64,000 nucleotides of DNA from an uncultured delta proteobacterium (GCA_963696385.1 CAVOKF010000001.1:288001-352000); one strand, 5' to 3'; counted from the first letter of the stretch, positions 43,623 to 55,374 are shown. Translations and numbers: made by a program. Notes: generated by a model from the letters alone, not told the origin.

Positions 43623-44699
43623 CTGCTCGCTCCGTCGCAACGTGGCGGTGCAGCCGTTCGGGCGCTGCACGGTCTGCACGTTGAAGTTCGAGCAGTGCCA
43701 TGCGTGGCAGTCGAGCTCGATGAGTTACGTGCTCGTCGTCGCCATCCTGGTGCCGCTCGTGGTCCACGAGGCGTGGGCCGTTCAGGCGAGCGTCGCGGCG
43801 GCGCTCGCCCTTCTCCTGCTGCAGGGCGTCGTCAACCACAAGCGGACCGATCAGCTGATCCTCGCTCAGCACGAGCTCTCTCGCACCTCAGACGAGCTTC
43901 GCGCCGCGAACCGCAAGCTGGAGGAAGCGCGGATGGGCCTGGAGCGCGAGGTCTTGGTACGCACCGAGCGCCTGCGTGAGACGAACGTAGCCCTCGCCCG
44001 CACGAACCTCGAGCTCGCCGAGCTGGTCCAGCGTCGCGAGCACATGGTCCTCGATCTCTCGCACGACCTGAGGACGCCCCTCACGTCGGTGAAGGGTGCC
44101 GCGCAGAACATGCTCGACGGCCTGGCCGGCCCACTCACCGGCGACCAGCGCGAGTACGTCGAGATCATCCGCGACCACGCGGAGCGACTGATGGGTGCCG
44201 TCAGCAAGCTGCTCGACGCCGCACGCGCGTGCGTGGTGCGCGTGGTCCTGGAGACGGCCCCCGTGGACGTCGGGGCGCTCTCGCGCGAAGTGGTCAAGAG
44301 CCTGCAGCCGATCGCCGACGAGCGCGGCGTGCACCTCCACGTGCGCGCTCCGGTGGCGCAGACGCTCGCCGACGGAGCCAAGCTCCGGAAGGTGGTCGAG
44401 AACCTCGTCGGCAACGCGCTCAAGTTCACCGACCGCGGCGGTACGGTGAGGGTCGAGGTCTCGCCGGACCCGGACGAGGTCCGGGTCGTTGTCGAGGATG
44501 ACGGCATCGGAATGGAGGCGGACCACGCGAGTCGAATTTTCGATCGCTTCTACCGTGCGCGCGAGGACAGGCCAGGTTCGGGGCTCGGCCTGTGCATCGC
44601 GCGCGATCTCGTGCGTCTGCACGGCGGTGACCTCTTGGTGAAGAGCGCGCCCGGCCAGGGGAGCACCTTCGCCGTGGTGCTGCCTCGGGGAGCGGCAGC

Positions 44700-44703
<4 letters not shown>
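43576..44703 (+). CDS. Membrane histidine kinase with an N-terminal Cys cluster
   Basis: C-x13-C-x2-C-x6-CH, two close TM helices, coiled coil, SHDLRTPL, NALKFT and GSGLGL. Confidence 0.92.
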
Positions 44704-46079
<1,376 letters not shown>

Positions 46080-46149
46080 GTCCCAGCGACCTGCGAGAAA
46101 GGAAGATGGGCCCCCATGGATAACCGCACCTACGAAAACAACAACGAGG

Positions 46150-46223
46150 ACTCCGAGTTCTGCAAGCGTGAGAACAGAGGGCGGCCCGTATTGTTCGAAA
46201 CGAAGGGCCTTCATCGTTTTCAT
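46150..46223 (-). pseudogene. N-terminal remnant of a quinone oxidoreductase / MDR-family gene
   Basis: MKTMKALRFEQYGPPSVLTLAEL behind a GGAG RBS; similarity then ends. Confidence 0.55.
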
Positions 46224-46459
46224 CGTGCGCTCTCCGCATTTCTCCTGTCGCGTCGACGTGAGCTGCGCGGGTCCAGGGCTGCGCCAGCACCGGCTAAAAA
46301 GTCCGGGCTGAAGCACGTCCCGAAGGGGACGTGACCGTTGCTCCGATCCCGGCAAAAGGCGATCGAGATAGCCGGGATCGTGAGACGGGGGCGGTGGCGT
46401 TGCGGTCTCGTGCAACTCGCCGACTCGGTTGGAACGCTCCCTGTGCACCGCCGTCCAGT

Positions 46460-47464
46460 CTACTTGTCAGCGAAGAGAAACGACGAAGGAAGGCCGGCGC
46501 CGGGGTGGACGCCGGCAGGCTTCAGGCCGGCGCCGGTGAACCAGCCCGTGTAGTCTTCGACCGAATACGTCTGGCCTTTTCGCGTCCACATGAGCATCGA
46601 AAGGGCGAAGAGCGCTCCCATGGGGTTTTTGAGCTCTGCGTCGTAAAGGAAATCCTGTACGGCGACGCGGCCGCCCGGCGCCAACGACGCGGCCACCTTC
46701 TTGGTGAGGGACGCGCACGTCGGCGCGTCGAAGTGGTGGTACACGTGGCTCAAGAGGATCAGGTCGTACGGGCCCTGATAGTCCACATCGAACAAGTTGC
46801 CCTCGATGTAGCGGACGCGCGTGGAGTCGACGCCCGCTCGCTGGGCCCACCGCCTGGTCTCGACGAGCACGTTCGGCCAGTCGAGCGAGGTCAGGTGCAC
46901 GGTCGGGCGTGACGCGAGCGTGAAGCCATAGAGACCGCTGCCCGCGGCGACGTCGAGCACGCGAACCTTTTTTCGGCCCGCGAACCACGGCGCCAGGAGA
47001 GCATCGAGCGCGCTCGCGGCGGGGCCCGCCATGGCCGCAGTCGACCGTGCGAACTCCTCCCAGAACGAATGGCCAGGCGTCTCCGCGTGCTCCGCCATGA
47101 TCGTGCCGTCGTGGCGCACGGCCTCGGCAATTTTGTCGGACCCCGAAAAAAATAGGGAGCTCGTGAAGATGAGCGCCAGGTCGCCCAAGTACGTGGGTTT
47201 GCCCCGTACGAGGAACTGCTCGGTGACCGGCGGCAGCGCATACGCCGCTCCCCTCTTCTGGAGGAGTCCAAGCGCGGCGAGGGCGTCGACGAGGATCCGT
47301 GTGCCACGCTCTGGGCAATCGATAGCGCGCGCAATGGCCGGCACCGTGGCGTCGCCTTCGGAAATCTTGGTGAACACGCCGAGCTGAATGCCCGCCTTCA
47401 AGATTCCGCTCGCCTGAACGCCCTGCATCATCTGCATCAACGCTTCGGGTCCCTGTTGGTTCAC
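46460..47464 (-). CDS. SAM-dependent O-methyltransferase family protein (dimerisation + Methyltransf_2)
   Basis: AGIQLGVF, VLDVAAGSG, IEGNLF, SHVYHHF and LAPGG motifs; AGGAGG RBS before GTG. Confidence 0.9.
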   Translation of the reverse strand: MNQQGPEALMQMMQGVQASGILKAGIQLGVFTKISEGDATVPAIARAIDCPERGTRILVDALAALGLLQKRGAAYALPPVTEQFLVRGKPTYLGDLALIFTSSLFFSGSDKIAEAVRHDGTIMAEHAETPGHSFWEEFARSTAAMAGPAASALDALLAPWFAGRKKVRVLDVAAGSGLYGFTLASRPTVHLTSLDWPNVLVETRRWAQRAGVDSTRVRYIEGNLFDVDYQGPYDLILLSHVYHHFDAPTCASLTKKVAASLAPGGRVAVQDFLYDAELKNPMGALFALSMLMWTRKGQTYSVEDYTGWFTGAGLKPAGVHPGAGLPSSFLFADK

Positions 47465-47471
47465 GGTTCCT

Positions 47472-47507
47472 CCTCTTCGCGCAAGACCGCCTCTTCGCGC
47501 AAGACCG
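47472..47507. repeat. Perfect 18-bp tandem duplication in the methyltransferase leader
   Basis: CCTCTTCGCGCAAGACCG x2. Confidence 0.9.
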
Positions 47508-47799
47508 CGCGAACGACACCCTATGCCGAGCTCTCGCAATTCACAATGGCGCGCAAGTTCTCGGTTCCCCTGAGGGCCGACTCACCCCATTCGTGGAGCA
47601 AACGCTGGGCCGATTCGGCCTGCCGCGGAGCGCTCGCCCGACAGGCAAGCGGCGCGGTTTCTCAGCGCGCCGCCCTTCGAGGGAGGCGACCACGGGCACG
47701 GTGCCGGACCAGTGCGCGGCGCATCCGCTGACGGCGCAAGAAAAGCTCGAACACGGCCCGTGTCGTAGTCGCCTGGAGGACAGCGCAACGCACGGCTCT

Positions 47800-47995
47800 G
47801 TCGTAGAGGTGGTAGCCCGCGAAGGGCGGACACCAGTTTGCGAGTTCGCGCGTGAGTCGACGTTCGGCCAAGTCGTCCATGAGGCACGCCAACCCGAAGC
47901 CAGCGCGTGCGGTGTTCAACATCGAAGGCATGCGGTTGAAAATGAGCTGCCCGTCGACCCGCATCCTCAGCTCGCGCCCCCGCAGCTCCTGCTCA
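47800..47995 (-). pseudogene. C-terminal remnant of a LysR-type regulator
   Basis: RVDGQLIFN...AGFGLA...WCPPFAGYHLY; no HTH domain. Confidence 0.7.
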
Positions 47996-48065
47996 TCCGT
48001 CGAAACACGGGCTGGCGCGTGTTCGATCCAGTAGCCTTGCCCCCCTTCGAATCGAGGAACTCAAC

Positions 48066-48893
48066 ATGGCGAACAAGATGTGGTTCATTACCGGCACATC
48101 GCGCGGCTTCGGACGTGAATGGACAATCGCAGCCCTCGACCGTGGCGACGAAGTGGCTGCCACCGCGCGCGATACGCGTGCCCTGAGGGATCTCGTTTCC
48201 AAATACGGAGATCGCATCCTCCCCCTCGTGCTCGACGTGCAGGACCGTTCGGCGTGCTTCGCCGCGGTCGACCAGGCGCAGAAGCATTTCGGCCGCTTGG
48301 ACATCGTGATCAACAACGCGGGCTACGGGCAGTTCGGGTTGATCGAAGAGCTCTCGGAGAAGGAGCTCCGCGATCAACTGGAGACGAACGTCTTCGGCGC
48401 CTTCTGGGTCACCCAGGCTGCGCTCCCCCATCTGCGGAAGCAGAAAAGCGGTCACATCCTCCAGGTCTCCTCGATCGGCGGGATCTCCGCCTTTGCGGGC
48501 ATCGGTGCGTACCACGCATCCAAGTGGGCGCTCGAAGGGTTTACCCAGGCGCTCGCCCAGGAGGTTGCGGACTTCGGCATTCACGTCACCCTCATCGAGC
48601 CGGGCGGCTTCGACACGGACTGGGGCGGAGCGTCGGCCAAACGCGCGAAGGAGATGCCCGAATACGCCGAGGTCCGCGAGAGGATCAACGAGCAGCGCAA
48701 GGCGCGCATCGGCAAGCAGGGCGATCCCAGGGCCTCGGCCCGCGCGCTCTTGAAGGTCGTCGACGCGAAGGAGCCGCCGCTCCGCGTTTTCTTCGGCGCG
48801 GCGCCTCTCGGGATCGCGAAGGCCGACTACGCGAAGCGGTTGGCGGGGTGGGAGAAGTGGCAGCCCGTCGCGCTCGAGGCGCAGGGCGACTGA
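48066..48893 (+). CDS. SDR family oxidoreductase
   Basis: WFITGTSRGFG, NNAG and YHASK motifs. Confidence 0.95.
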   Translation: MANKMWFITGTSRGFGREWTIAALDRGDEVAATARDTRALRDLVSKYGDRILPLVLDVQDRSACFAAVDQAQKHFGRLDIVINNAGYGQFGLIEELSEKELRDQLETNVFGAFWVTQAALPHLRKQKSGHILQVSSIGGISAFAGIGAYHASKWALEGFTQALAQEVADFGIHVTLIEPGGFDTDWGGASAKRAKEMPEYAEVRERINEQRKARIGKQGDPRASARALLKVVDAKEPPLRVFFGAAPLGIAKADYAKRLAGWEKWQPVALEAQGD

Positions 48894-49292
48894 GGCCGCT
48901 CCGGGCTCAGTCGGGCGGCGCCCCAGGACGGTTTCATCCTCTCCCGGCCGGGCATGCCGCCGAGCGCACGCGCCCACGAGTCGAACCGGAGCGGCATCGG
49001 CGACATCGCGGTCCACGACCGCGGATGCCCCCCAAATCCATCGGACCGCAAGTCGCATGTGGCGCAACCTGGCGCAGGGCATCGCCGGTAAGTGCAGGAC
49101 TCGGGCGGGGGCACGACGGTGGGGCCGCAAGCAGCTGCGCGTCGCCCGAAGGGGACGCATCCGGGATCGCGAGCGGGCTCGGAGTGAGACGCGTGGGTCT
49201 TCCTTGCCTCCCCCGGCGCGGTATCGCAACGACCGTCACCGACGCCAGCAACATGGCATCTACCCGCTAGGAGGGCATGACGTACGACCTGG

Positions 49293-49415
49293 ATAGTAGG
49301 TGCTCGGCGACATCCCAAACACCCGGCACATCACGCGCACCTCGAAGGAAGCCTTCTCCGCCCGAATAAACCGGTACAGGTCTACTCGAGGTCCTTGGCG
49401 AAGAAGGCCAACTTT
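49293..49415 (-). mobile_element. IS3-family remnant (OrfA end / OrfB start)
   Basis: Minus strand LAFFAKDLE* followed by LYRFIRAEKASFEVRVMCRVFGMSPSTYY. Confidence 0.7.
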
Positions 49416-49736
49416 CGCCATTCGCAACGTTTCCTACTCACTCCAATCAATCGCTTGGGTAAGCTCAAGCCCATCAAGGGCTTTCGCTTCCTTTGGAGAA
49501 AAACTCCAAAGGCGTACCCTTCCAGAACCATCCCAGCCCTAATTAGAGCGGCCTATGGCCGCATTATGGCCGCATAGCCCATCGTTGCTACGCCCTGCTC
49601 CGCCTACGGCTTCGCTGGGCTACGGCGCGGCGCGCTACGCTTGCCGAAGAAGCTCGGCAATAAAAAGAGCGCGTTTCGAGGCGGGCGGCAGAAGATGCTC
49701 CGTCCGAGCCCGCTGGAGCTTCCTCTGATTGACGCT

Positions 49737-50027
49737 ATGGCCCGCCCCATCACGCTTGCCGACCTGCCCGAAGACCTCGCGCGCTCCGCCCCGGCGCAGA
49801 TCGCGTCAGGGCAATCGGCCTCGGTCGAGGATGCGTTGCGCGCCGGGGCCGAGGCGCTCCGCCCGTGCGACGAGTTCCAGGACGAGTGGCTAAGCTACGC
49901 CCGCCAGCGGTTTGCGGAAGGCCGCGCGGCCTTCGCGCGCGGCGATGTCGTCCACGTCACGCCCGACGAACTCATGGACGGGATTGAAGTCGACCTTTCG
50001 CAGCGGGGAGCAGAGCATGAAGCTTGA
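49737..50027 (+). CDS. ParD-like (RHH) antitoxin, orphan
   Basis: LPEDL...QIASGQSASVEDALRAG...EGRAAFARGD resembles the ParD/CC2985 family. Confidence 0.6.
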   Translation: MARPITLADLPEDLARSAPAQIASGQSASVEDALRAGAEALRPCDEFQDEWLSYARQRFAEGRAAFARGDVVHVTPDELMDGIEVDLSQRGAEHEA

Positions 50028-50247
50028 ACTGAAGCCCGAGATCGAGGCAGGTCTGGTGGCCCAGGCCAGTGCGCGCGGGCTCTCGCTCGAAGCCTACCTT
50101 GACGATGTGCTATCCACCGCCGCTGCCGACAAAGCGCGCCCGACAAGCCGGAAGAGCCTCGCGCAATTGTTCGCTGAATCGCCGCTCAAAGGTCTCGACC
50201 TCAAGTTTGAGCGCGACCCGGACGCGGGCCGTCCGATCAAACTGTGA
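50017..50247 (+). CDS. VapB-type antitoxin
   Basis: Small protein (LELKPEIEAGL..QA.ARGLSLEAY...LDLKFER) with a GTGA overlap to the PIN gene. Confidence 0.7.
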   Translation: MKLELKPEIEAGLVAQASARGLSLEAYLDDVLSTAAADKARPTSRKSLAQLFAESPLKGLDLKFERDPDAGRPIKL

Positions 50248-50672
50248 GCGGGTTCCTGCTCGATACGAACGTACCATCCGGGCTGACGCGCCCTCAGTCC
50301 GATCCCCATGTCGAGGACTGGCTCGACGCCGTGGACGACGAGCAGCTTTTCCTGAGCGTCGTGTCGCTGGGCGAGATGCTCAAGGGCCTCACCGTGCTTC
50401 CTGCAAGCAAGCGCCGCCGGGAATTGCAACAGTGGATAAACGAGACGCTCCGCCCCTGGTTTGATGGCCGGGTACTGCCGGTAACCGAGCGCATCGCCGA
50501 GCGCTGGGGCATTCTGGCCGGAGAATGCAACCTCAAAGGCAGGGGCTTATCGATGGCGGACGGCTTGATCGTCGCCACGGCACTGGAGCATGGCCTGACG
50601 GTTGCCACTCGCAACGTGCGGGACTTTGCCGACCTCGGCGTCAACATCTTCGATCCGTGGTCGCCTTCGTAG
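50244..50672 (+). CDS. vapC: VapC/FitB-like PIN-domain toxin
   Basis: FLLDTNV, SLGE, DGLIVATA, VATRNVRDF and DPW motifs. Confidence 0.9.
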   Translation: MSGFLLDTNVPSGLTRPQSDPHVEDWLDAVDDEQLFLSVVSLGEMLKGLTVLPASKRRRELQQWINETLRPWFDGRVLPVTERIAERWGILAGECNLKGRGLSMADGLIVATALEHGLTVATRNVRDFADLGVNIFDPWSPS

Positions 50673-50769
50673 ACCGTTGACAGTTTCCGGGAGGATTCAA
50701 ACGCCGCTTCCCCCTCCCGTCCGGCCTCGCGCCTGACGGCTGTCCTGGCTCCTCGGGCCGTCCGCCGGT

Positions 50770-50850
50770 TCAGGCCGCGGCGCGGTAGTCATGATGAAGG
50801 CCGCCGAGCACGGGGATGGCGCCGACGGAACAGGCGAGCCGGGCCCGGCT
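50770..50850 (-). mobile_element. C-terminal remnant of an integrase-core transposase
   Basis: Minus strand AIPVLGGLHHDYRAAA*, the typical tail of this family (compare RLGGLLNFYRREAA at 61163). Confidence 0.6.
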
Positions 50851-50871
50851 CTTCTAGCGCTAGCGCGCGAT

Positions 50872-50990
50872 CTCTGCGCGGTCGCAGTTACGGTCATCAC
50901 GCTGATTCCCCGCTCCGAGCCCGCCCATCTGATCGCGTTCCACCGCTTCGTCGAGGTCACCTACGCTGTGGCCTGTGCGCTGGCCTACAC
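50872..50990 (+). pseudogene. Fragment of a FUSC/aromatic acid exporter-like membrane protein
   Basis: AVTVITLIPRSEPAHLIAFHRFVEVTYAVACAL. Confidence 0.45.
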
Positions 50991-51391
50991 CGTGTCGAGG
51001 GATCTGGCTCTACGGTGTCGGCGAGGAAGTGGTGGCTTGACGTGAGCCATCGCGGCGCGTCCGTCACCGGCGTGGACGTCGGAGAGCTTCGTGCGGGCGA
51101 TGTGCAGAGGGATCCCCTGTGTGGAGGCTCCACGGTCGAGACGTCGCACGCACGAAAGAACGAGAAGAGAGCCATCGCTCAAGAACTGGAGGGGTCGTTC
51201 CATAGGGCGCGTTCGCTGTCACTGGATCGCCGTCGAATCGGCCATGGTGGGTGGATCGCGGTGGTGGACGGTGCTTGACAACCACCGCGCGGTCGGGGTA
51301 CGCCGCTGAAGGATTTCGCGGGGGCTGGATTTTCACCGGATCGGTGGTGGCGAGCCCGCCTCTCGTGACGCGGCTGGATCGAGGAGGACCC

Positions 51392-52924
51392 GTGATTCGA
51401 CAGAGGTTGGGTCTCGCATTCATCTTTTCGCTGACTTGTACGGCCTTCGTCGCGTGCGGAACGAAGACGGGGTCCGGCGGCCCCGTGTCCGCTGGCGTAA
51501 CTCCGGTCGCAAACGAACCCGATGACGGCGGAGCCGGGCAGGGGGTCTCTCAAGGTGACACGCAAAGCGACGGGGACGCGGCGGCTGCACACGTCAGCCC
51601 TGCGGGCACCGGCCAGGATGCTTCAAGTTCAGGCCCCAGCCCTTCGAGCACCGGTCAGCAGGGCGATGCGGGGGCTGGCCCGAGCGTTGTGAACAGCCAG
51701 GACGCCTCGGGGAGCGGCCCGACCGCTTTCGATGCGGGCCAGGATGCTGCAGCCGCGGGGCACGGAGACGGGGCCGCTCCAAGCCATGACGCTGGCGACG
51801 CGAGCATCACCGCAGCCGAGGATGCGAGCGTCACTGCAGCCGAGGACGCGAGCGTCACCGCAGCCGGGGACGCGAGCGTCACCGCAGCCGAGGGCGATGG
51901 GGGAAGCTGCACGGTCGCGCCCGGATCGATTGTCAGCGTTTTCACCGACCCCGTGACGACCACAGACATCTCGCCGCCGAACCCGCCGGGCATCACCTTC
52001 ACGGACACAGACGGAAATCTGGTCGACGCCCACGGCGGCGGCATCATCAAGGTGTGCGATACCTTTTATCTTCACGGACAGTACTTCCTGCCGACCACGA
52101 CGAATAACTACTTCAACGGCTTCTCGATGTATTCGTCGAAAGATTTGGTGACCTGGAAGAACGAGGGAATCATCCTTCCCCAGCAACCAAGCGGCCTGCT
52201 CGGGCCGGTACGGAAGGGTGAGAGGCCCCACATCATCCAGTGCCCGAGCACCGGGGAGTTCGTCCTCTACGCCCATGCCTCCGACATCACGCACGAGGTG
52301 GACAAGGAAGTCGTTTACGCAACCTCCCCCACGGTCAACGGAGTTTACTCGTTCAAGGGCGAGCTGATGAACGCGAATGGCGAGATCGCCGCGCACAGTG
52401 ACATGAGCGCCCTGACGGACGGCAACAACGCTTATGTCGTAACGGAGAGTGGCTGGGTTTATCCGCTCGCCACCGATTGTCACAGCTGGCTTTCGGCCAA
52501 TCAATATCCGGCCGTCAACGGCAATACCGGCGGCAGCGAAGCTCCGACCGTGTTCAGGGCGGGCAGCACGCTCTACTGGATCGGTTCTGCCAAGACCGGG
52601 TGGCAAGCCAACGACGATTTCTATTCGACGGCACCTGACATGATGGGCCCCTGGACGTACCAGGGCTATCTTGCTCCCGTCGGCAAGGACACCTGGATGA
52701 CGCAGTCGACGTGGGTCATGCCGATCGCGGGCAGTCATGGAACGGTCTACATGTACTGGGGCGATCACTGGTACGGCCAGGACACGGGCGATCCGGGCCT
52801 ACACAACAATCTGGCCACGTTCGTATTTCAGCCGCTCATTTTCACAGGAACGGCGATATCCATGCCGACCTATCAGGTCAGCTGGAAGCTCGATATCGGC
52901 GCGGGCACCTGGTCGCCGAACTAG
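51392..52924 (+). CDS. GH43-family glycoside hydrolase lipoprotein
   Basis: FVAC lipobox, DAG linker, VDAHGGG, YSSKDLVTW, GERP, EAP and YWGDHW motifs. Confidence 0.9.
   Translation: MIRQRLGLAFIFSLTCTAFVACGTKTGSGGPVSAGVTPVANEPDDGGAGQGVSQGDTQSDGDAAAAHVSPAGTGQDASSSGPSPSSTGQQGDAGAGPSVVNSQDASGSGPTAFDAGQDAAAAGHGDGAAPSHDAGDASITAAEDASVTAAEDASVTAAGDASVTAAEGDGGSCTVAPGSIVSVFTDPVTTTDISPPNPPGITFTDTDGNLVDAHGGGIIKVCDTFYLHGQYFLPTTTNNYFNGFSMYSSKDLVTWKNEGIILPQQPSGLLGPVRKGERPHIIQCPSTGEFVLYAHASDITHEVDKEVVYATSPTVNGVYSFKGELMNANGEIAAHSDMSALTDGNNAYVVTESGWVYPLATDCHSWLSANQYPAVNGNTGGSEAPTVFRAGSTLYWIGSAKTGWQANDDFYSTAPDMMGPWTYQGYLAPVGKDTWMTQSTWVMPIAGSHGTVYMYWGDHWYGQDTGDPGLHNNLATFVFQPLIFTGTAISMPTYQVSWKLDIGAGTWSPN
51797..51892 (+). 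repeat. Four 24-bp tandem repeats in the GH43 linker
   Basis: Encode DAS(I/V)TAA(E/G) x4. Confidence 0.9.
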
Positions 52925-53135
52925 ATAGCGTCGTCTTGGTCGCCTCGCCGCCGTCCCGGAACGCAAGCCGCTCGACAGCCGGACGGTTGTCGTTTTCGTG
53001 ACTGCATTCCCGCGCCCCATCCGCTCGCGTCGCGACTCATCGCCCGATGCGTTGCCGCATCCGGCGCAAGCTTCGCTTCCGGCGCGGCGACCGTAACCTC
53101 CCCTCACGTCACGCTCGCGTGCAATAGTCGCCGCG

Positions 53136-54914
53136 ATGCACCGCTTTCCGAAGGTCACGTTCCTCCTCGTCTGCCTCTCCAGCTTTTCCTGCGCGTCCTC
53201 CTCGAAGCAGCCGCCACTCGCCACACCCGCGCCCAGCGCGGCAGCTTCGGCGCCGACGACGACCGACGCAACCTTCCAAAAAACGGCCGCCGAACTCTAC
53301 CAAGCCTACTTCGACCGCATCCCGGCCGCTCTCTTCAGCGGAACGCTCGGTGTGGCGCTCGGAATGCACCAGTACGACGGAAAGCTGCCCGACGATTCGC
53401 CGGCCGCGCTGCAGAGCCGCGCGGCGTTCCTCACCGAAGCACGCGCTCGACTGGAGAGCTTCCCGGCTCGCGAGTTATCCGAGCAGAGCCGCCTGGAACG
53501 CGACGTCTTCGTGACTCGGCTGCGCGGTGCCATCTTCGACCTGACCGGGCGCCGAATCCCGTGGCGCTCGCCGCTCTATTACTTGGGTGCGCTTTCGCTC
53601 ATCAACTACACGGGCCGCGACTACGCGCCGGTCGACGAGCGGGCCCGCGCTGTCGTTGCGATCTGCCGAGCGTCCGGCGGCTACCTCGCGATCGCGCGCA
53701 CGAACCTCGAAGCCAAGCTGCCGCGGGCCGTGCTCGGCTTCGCCATTCAGATGATCGGCGGCCAGCTGGCGTTCATCCAGAAGGACGTGGCGGAGGACCT
53801 GTCGGGTGTCGCCGATCCGAAATTGAAGACCGACCTGGCGACCGCGCTAGCCGAGCTGGGCCTGCGGCTGGGCGCTTTCCGCGACGACCTCAAAAGTCGG
53901 CTTCCCGAGGGAACCGACGACTTCGCTCTCGGCCCTGAAACCTTTCTTCGCATGTTGCAGGAGACCGAGGGGGTCCAGATCGAGCTCGCGACGCTCGAAA
54001 GCGTCGGTCGTGCCGATCTTCAGCGTAACCAGCGCGCGCTCGAGGCGGCCGCTCACGCGTTTGCCCCTGGTCAGACGCTGTCCGACGCCTTGGCCGCGGC
54101 TACCGCCGATCGGCCACCCGCCGACGAGGTCGTCGCGCTCGGACGACGGCAGGTGGTGTCGCTGCGCGCGTTTCTCGAAAACCATCCGATCGTGACCATT
54201 CCTTCGAACGAGCAGGCCGAAGTGCGCGAGTCGCCCCCTTTCATGCGCGTGAACTTCGCGTCGATCAATCAGCCCGGTGTGTTCGAGAGTCGTCCGCTGC
54301 CAAGCTTCTACTTCATCTCCCCACCCGACCCCAAGTGGTCTGAAGCGGAGCAACGCGCCTACATCCCTTCACGCGAAGGGCTCTTGTTCACGACGATTCA
54401 CGAGGTGTGGCCGGGGCACTTCCTCGATCGTTTGCAGCGCGTGCGCCTCGGGTCGCGGATCATCCAATCGTTCGGCTCCTACGCGAGCAACGAAGGCTGG
54501 GCGCATTATGTCGAAGAGATGATGTGGGACGAAGGCGTTGCGGGCACCGATCCGCGCGCACACATTGCCCAGCTCCTGCAAGCGCTCATGCGCGACGGGC
54601 GGTTTCTATCGGCCATCGGCTTGCACACGCGCGGCATGACCGTGGCCGAGTCACAAAAGCTATTCGTCGAGCAGGCCTACCAAGACGTGGGCACAGCGCG
54701 GCAGCAATCGGCGCGCGGCACCCTCGATCCGATGTACCTCAACTACACCCTCGGCAAGCTGATGATCCTGAAACTGCGTGCCGACTGGCGTGCGAAAGTG
54801 GGTGCGGCCTTCGACTTGCGCGCGTTCCACGATCGGCTCCTCAGCTATGGCGACGCACCGCTGCCCCTCATCCGCCGCGCGATGCTGGGTGACGATAGTG
54901 GTTCGCCGCTCTAA
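53136..54914 (+). CDS. DUF885-family lipoprotein (putative metallopeptidase)
   Basis: HEVWPGH, EGWAHYVE, IGLH and YTLGK motifs. Confidence 0.9.
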   Translation: MHRFPKVTFLLVCLSSFSCASSSKQPPLATPAPSAAASAPTTTDATFQKTAAELYQAYFDRIPAALFSGTLGVALGMHQYDGKLPDDSPAALQSRAAFLTEARARLESFPARELSEQSRLERDVFVTRLRGAIFDLTGRRIPWRSPLYYLGALSLINYTGRDYAPVDERARAVVAICRASGGYLAIARTNLEAKLPRAVLGFAIQMIGGQLAFIQKDVAEDLSGVADPKLKTDLATALAELGLRLGAFRDDLKSRLPEGTDDFALGPETFLRMLQETEGVQIELATLESVGRADLQRNQRALEAAAHAFAPGQTLSDALAAATADRPPADEVVALGRRQVVSLRAFLENHPIVTIPSNEQAEVRESPPFMRVNFASINQPGVFESRPLPSFYFISPPDPKWSEAEQRAYIPSREGLLFTTIHEVWPGHFLDRLQRVRLGSRIIQSFGSYASNEGWAHYVEEMMWDEGVAGTDPRAHIAQLLQALMRDGRFLSAIGLHTRGMTVAESQKLFVEQAYQDVGTARQQSARGTLDPMYLNYTLGKLMILKLRADWRAKVGAAFDLRAFHDRLLSYGDAPLPLIRRAMLGDDSGSPL

Positions 54915-55073
54915 CGCGACGGCTGTGGAGCGGCGAGTGGTAAGCCCAGCGCATCGGCTGACGAAGAGACCGGGAAACCGCCGCGGTCACATAAATCCCT
55001 TATGGGCATTCGTCGTCCGTGCAACGGCGAACCGATTGCGGTGGAACCTGGGCGTGCCGGAAGGGAGAGCCCT

Positions 55074-55226
55074 TCAGCGCTTCGCCACGAAGTCTCGAGC
55101 GTCCATCCCGATGTCTTGGACAATGGCGCGGAGAAGCGCGGCGGCAAATGTCGCGCCCCGGATGAAAGGGTACGGTCGTAGCCCGACCATCGGAGTGGCG
55201 ATATTGGCGATGCGACCCGCGTCTTG
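55074..55226 (-). pseudogene. HicA toxin remnant
   Basis: RGSHRQYRHSDGRATTVPFHPGRDI, a +1 slip, then AAALLRAIVQDIGMDARDF; N-terminus missing. Confidence 0.75.
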
Positions 55227-55374
55227 GGGGGGGCTCCGGCTTCGCCTCGTGCGCCGGTACGGGAGAGGCCTGGGCGCTGTACTGCACGAAGTGACCGCCG
55301 TTCGAGCGGCGTGGATTGGCGCGCCGTAACTGGGGCCGAGGCAATCCCAGAAGCCGCCGGTCTTAACGATTTCA

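Noticed and set aside
48900..49290. Cys-containing small ORFs after the SDR gene
   Set aside because: No consistent frame, start signal or recognisable motif.
51797..51892. Regular 24-bp repeats as a CRISPR array
   Set aside because: They are contiguous with no spacers, in frame within a protein linker, and no cas genes are present.
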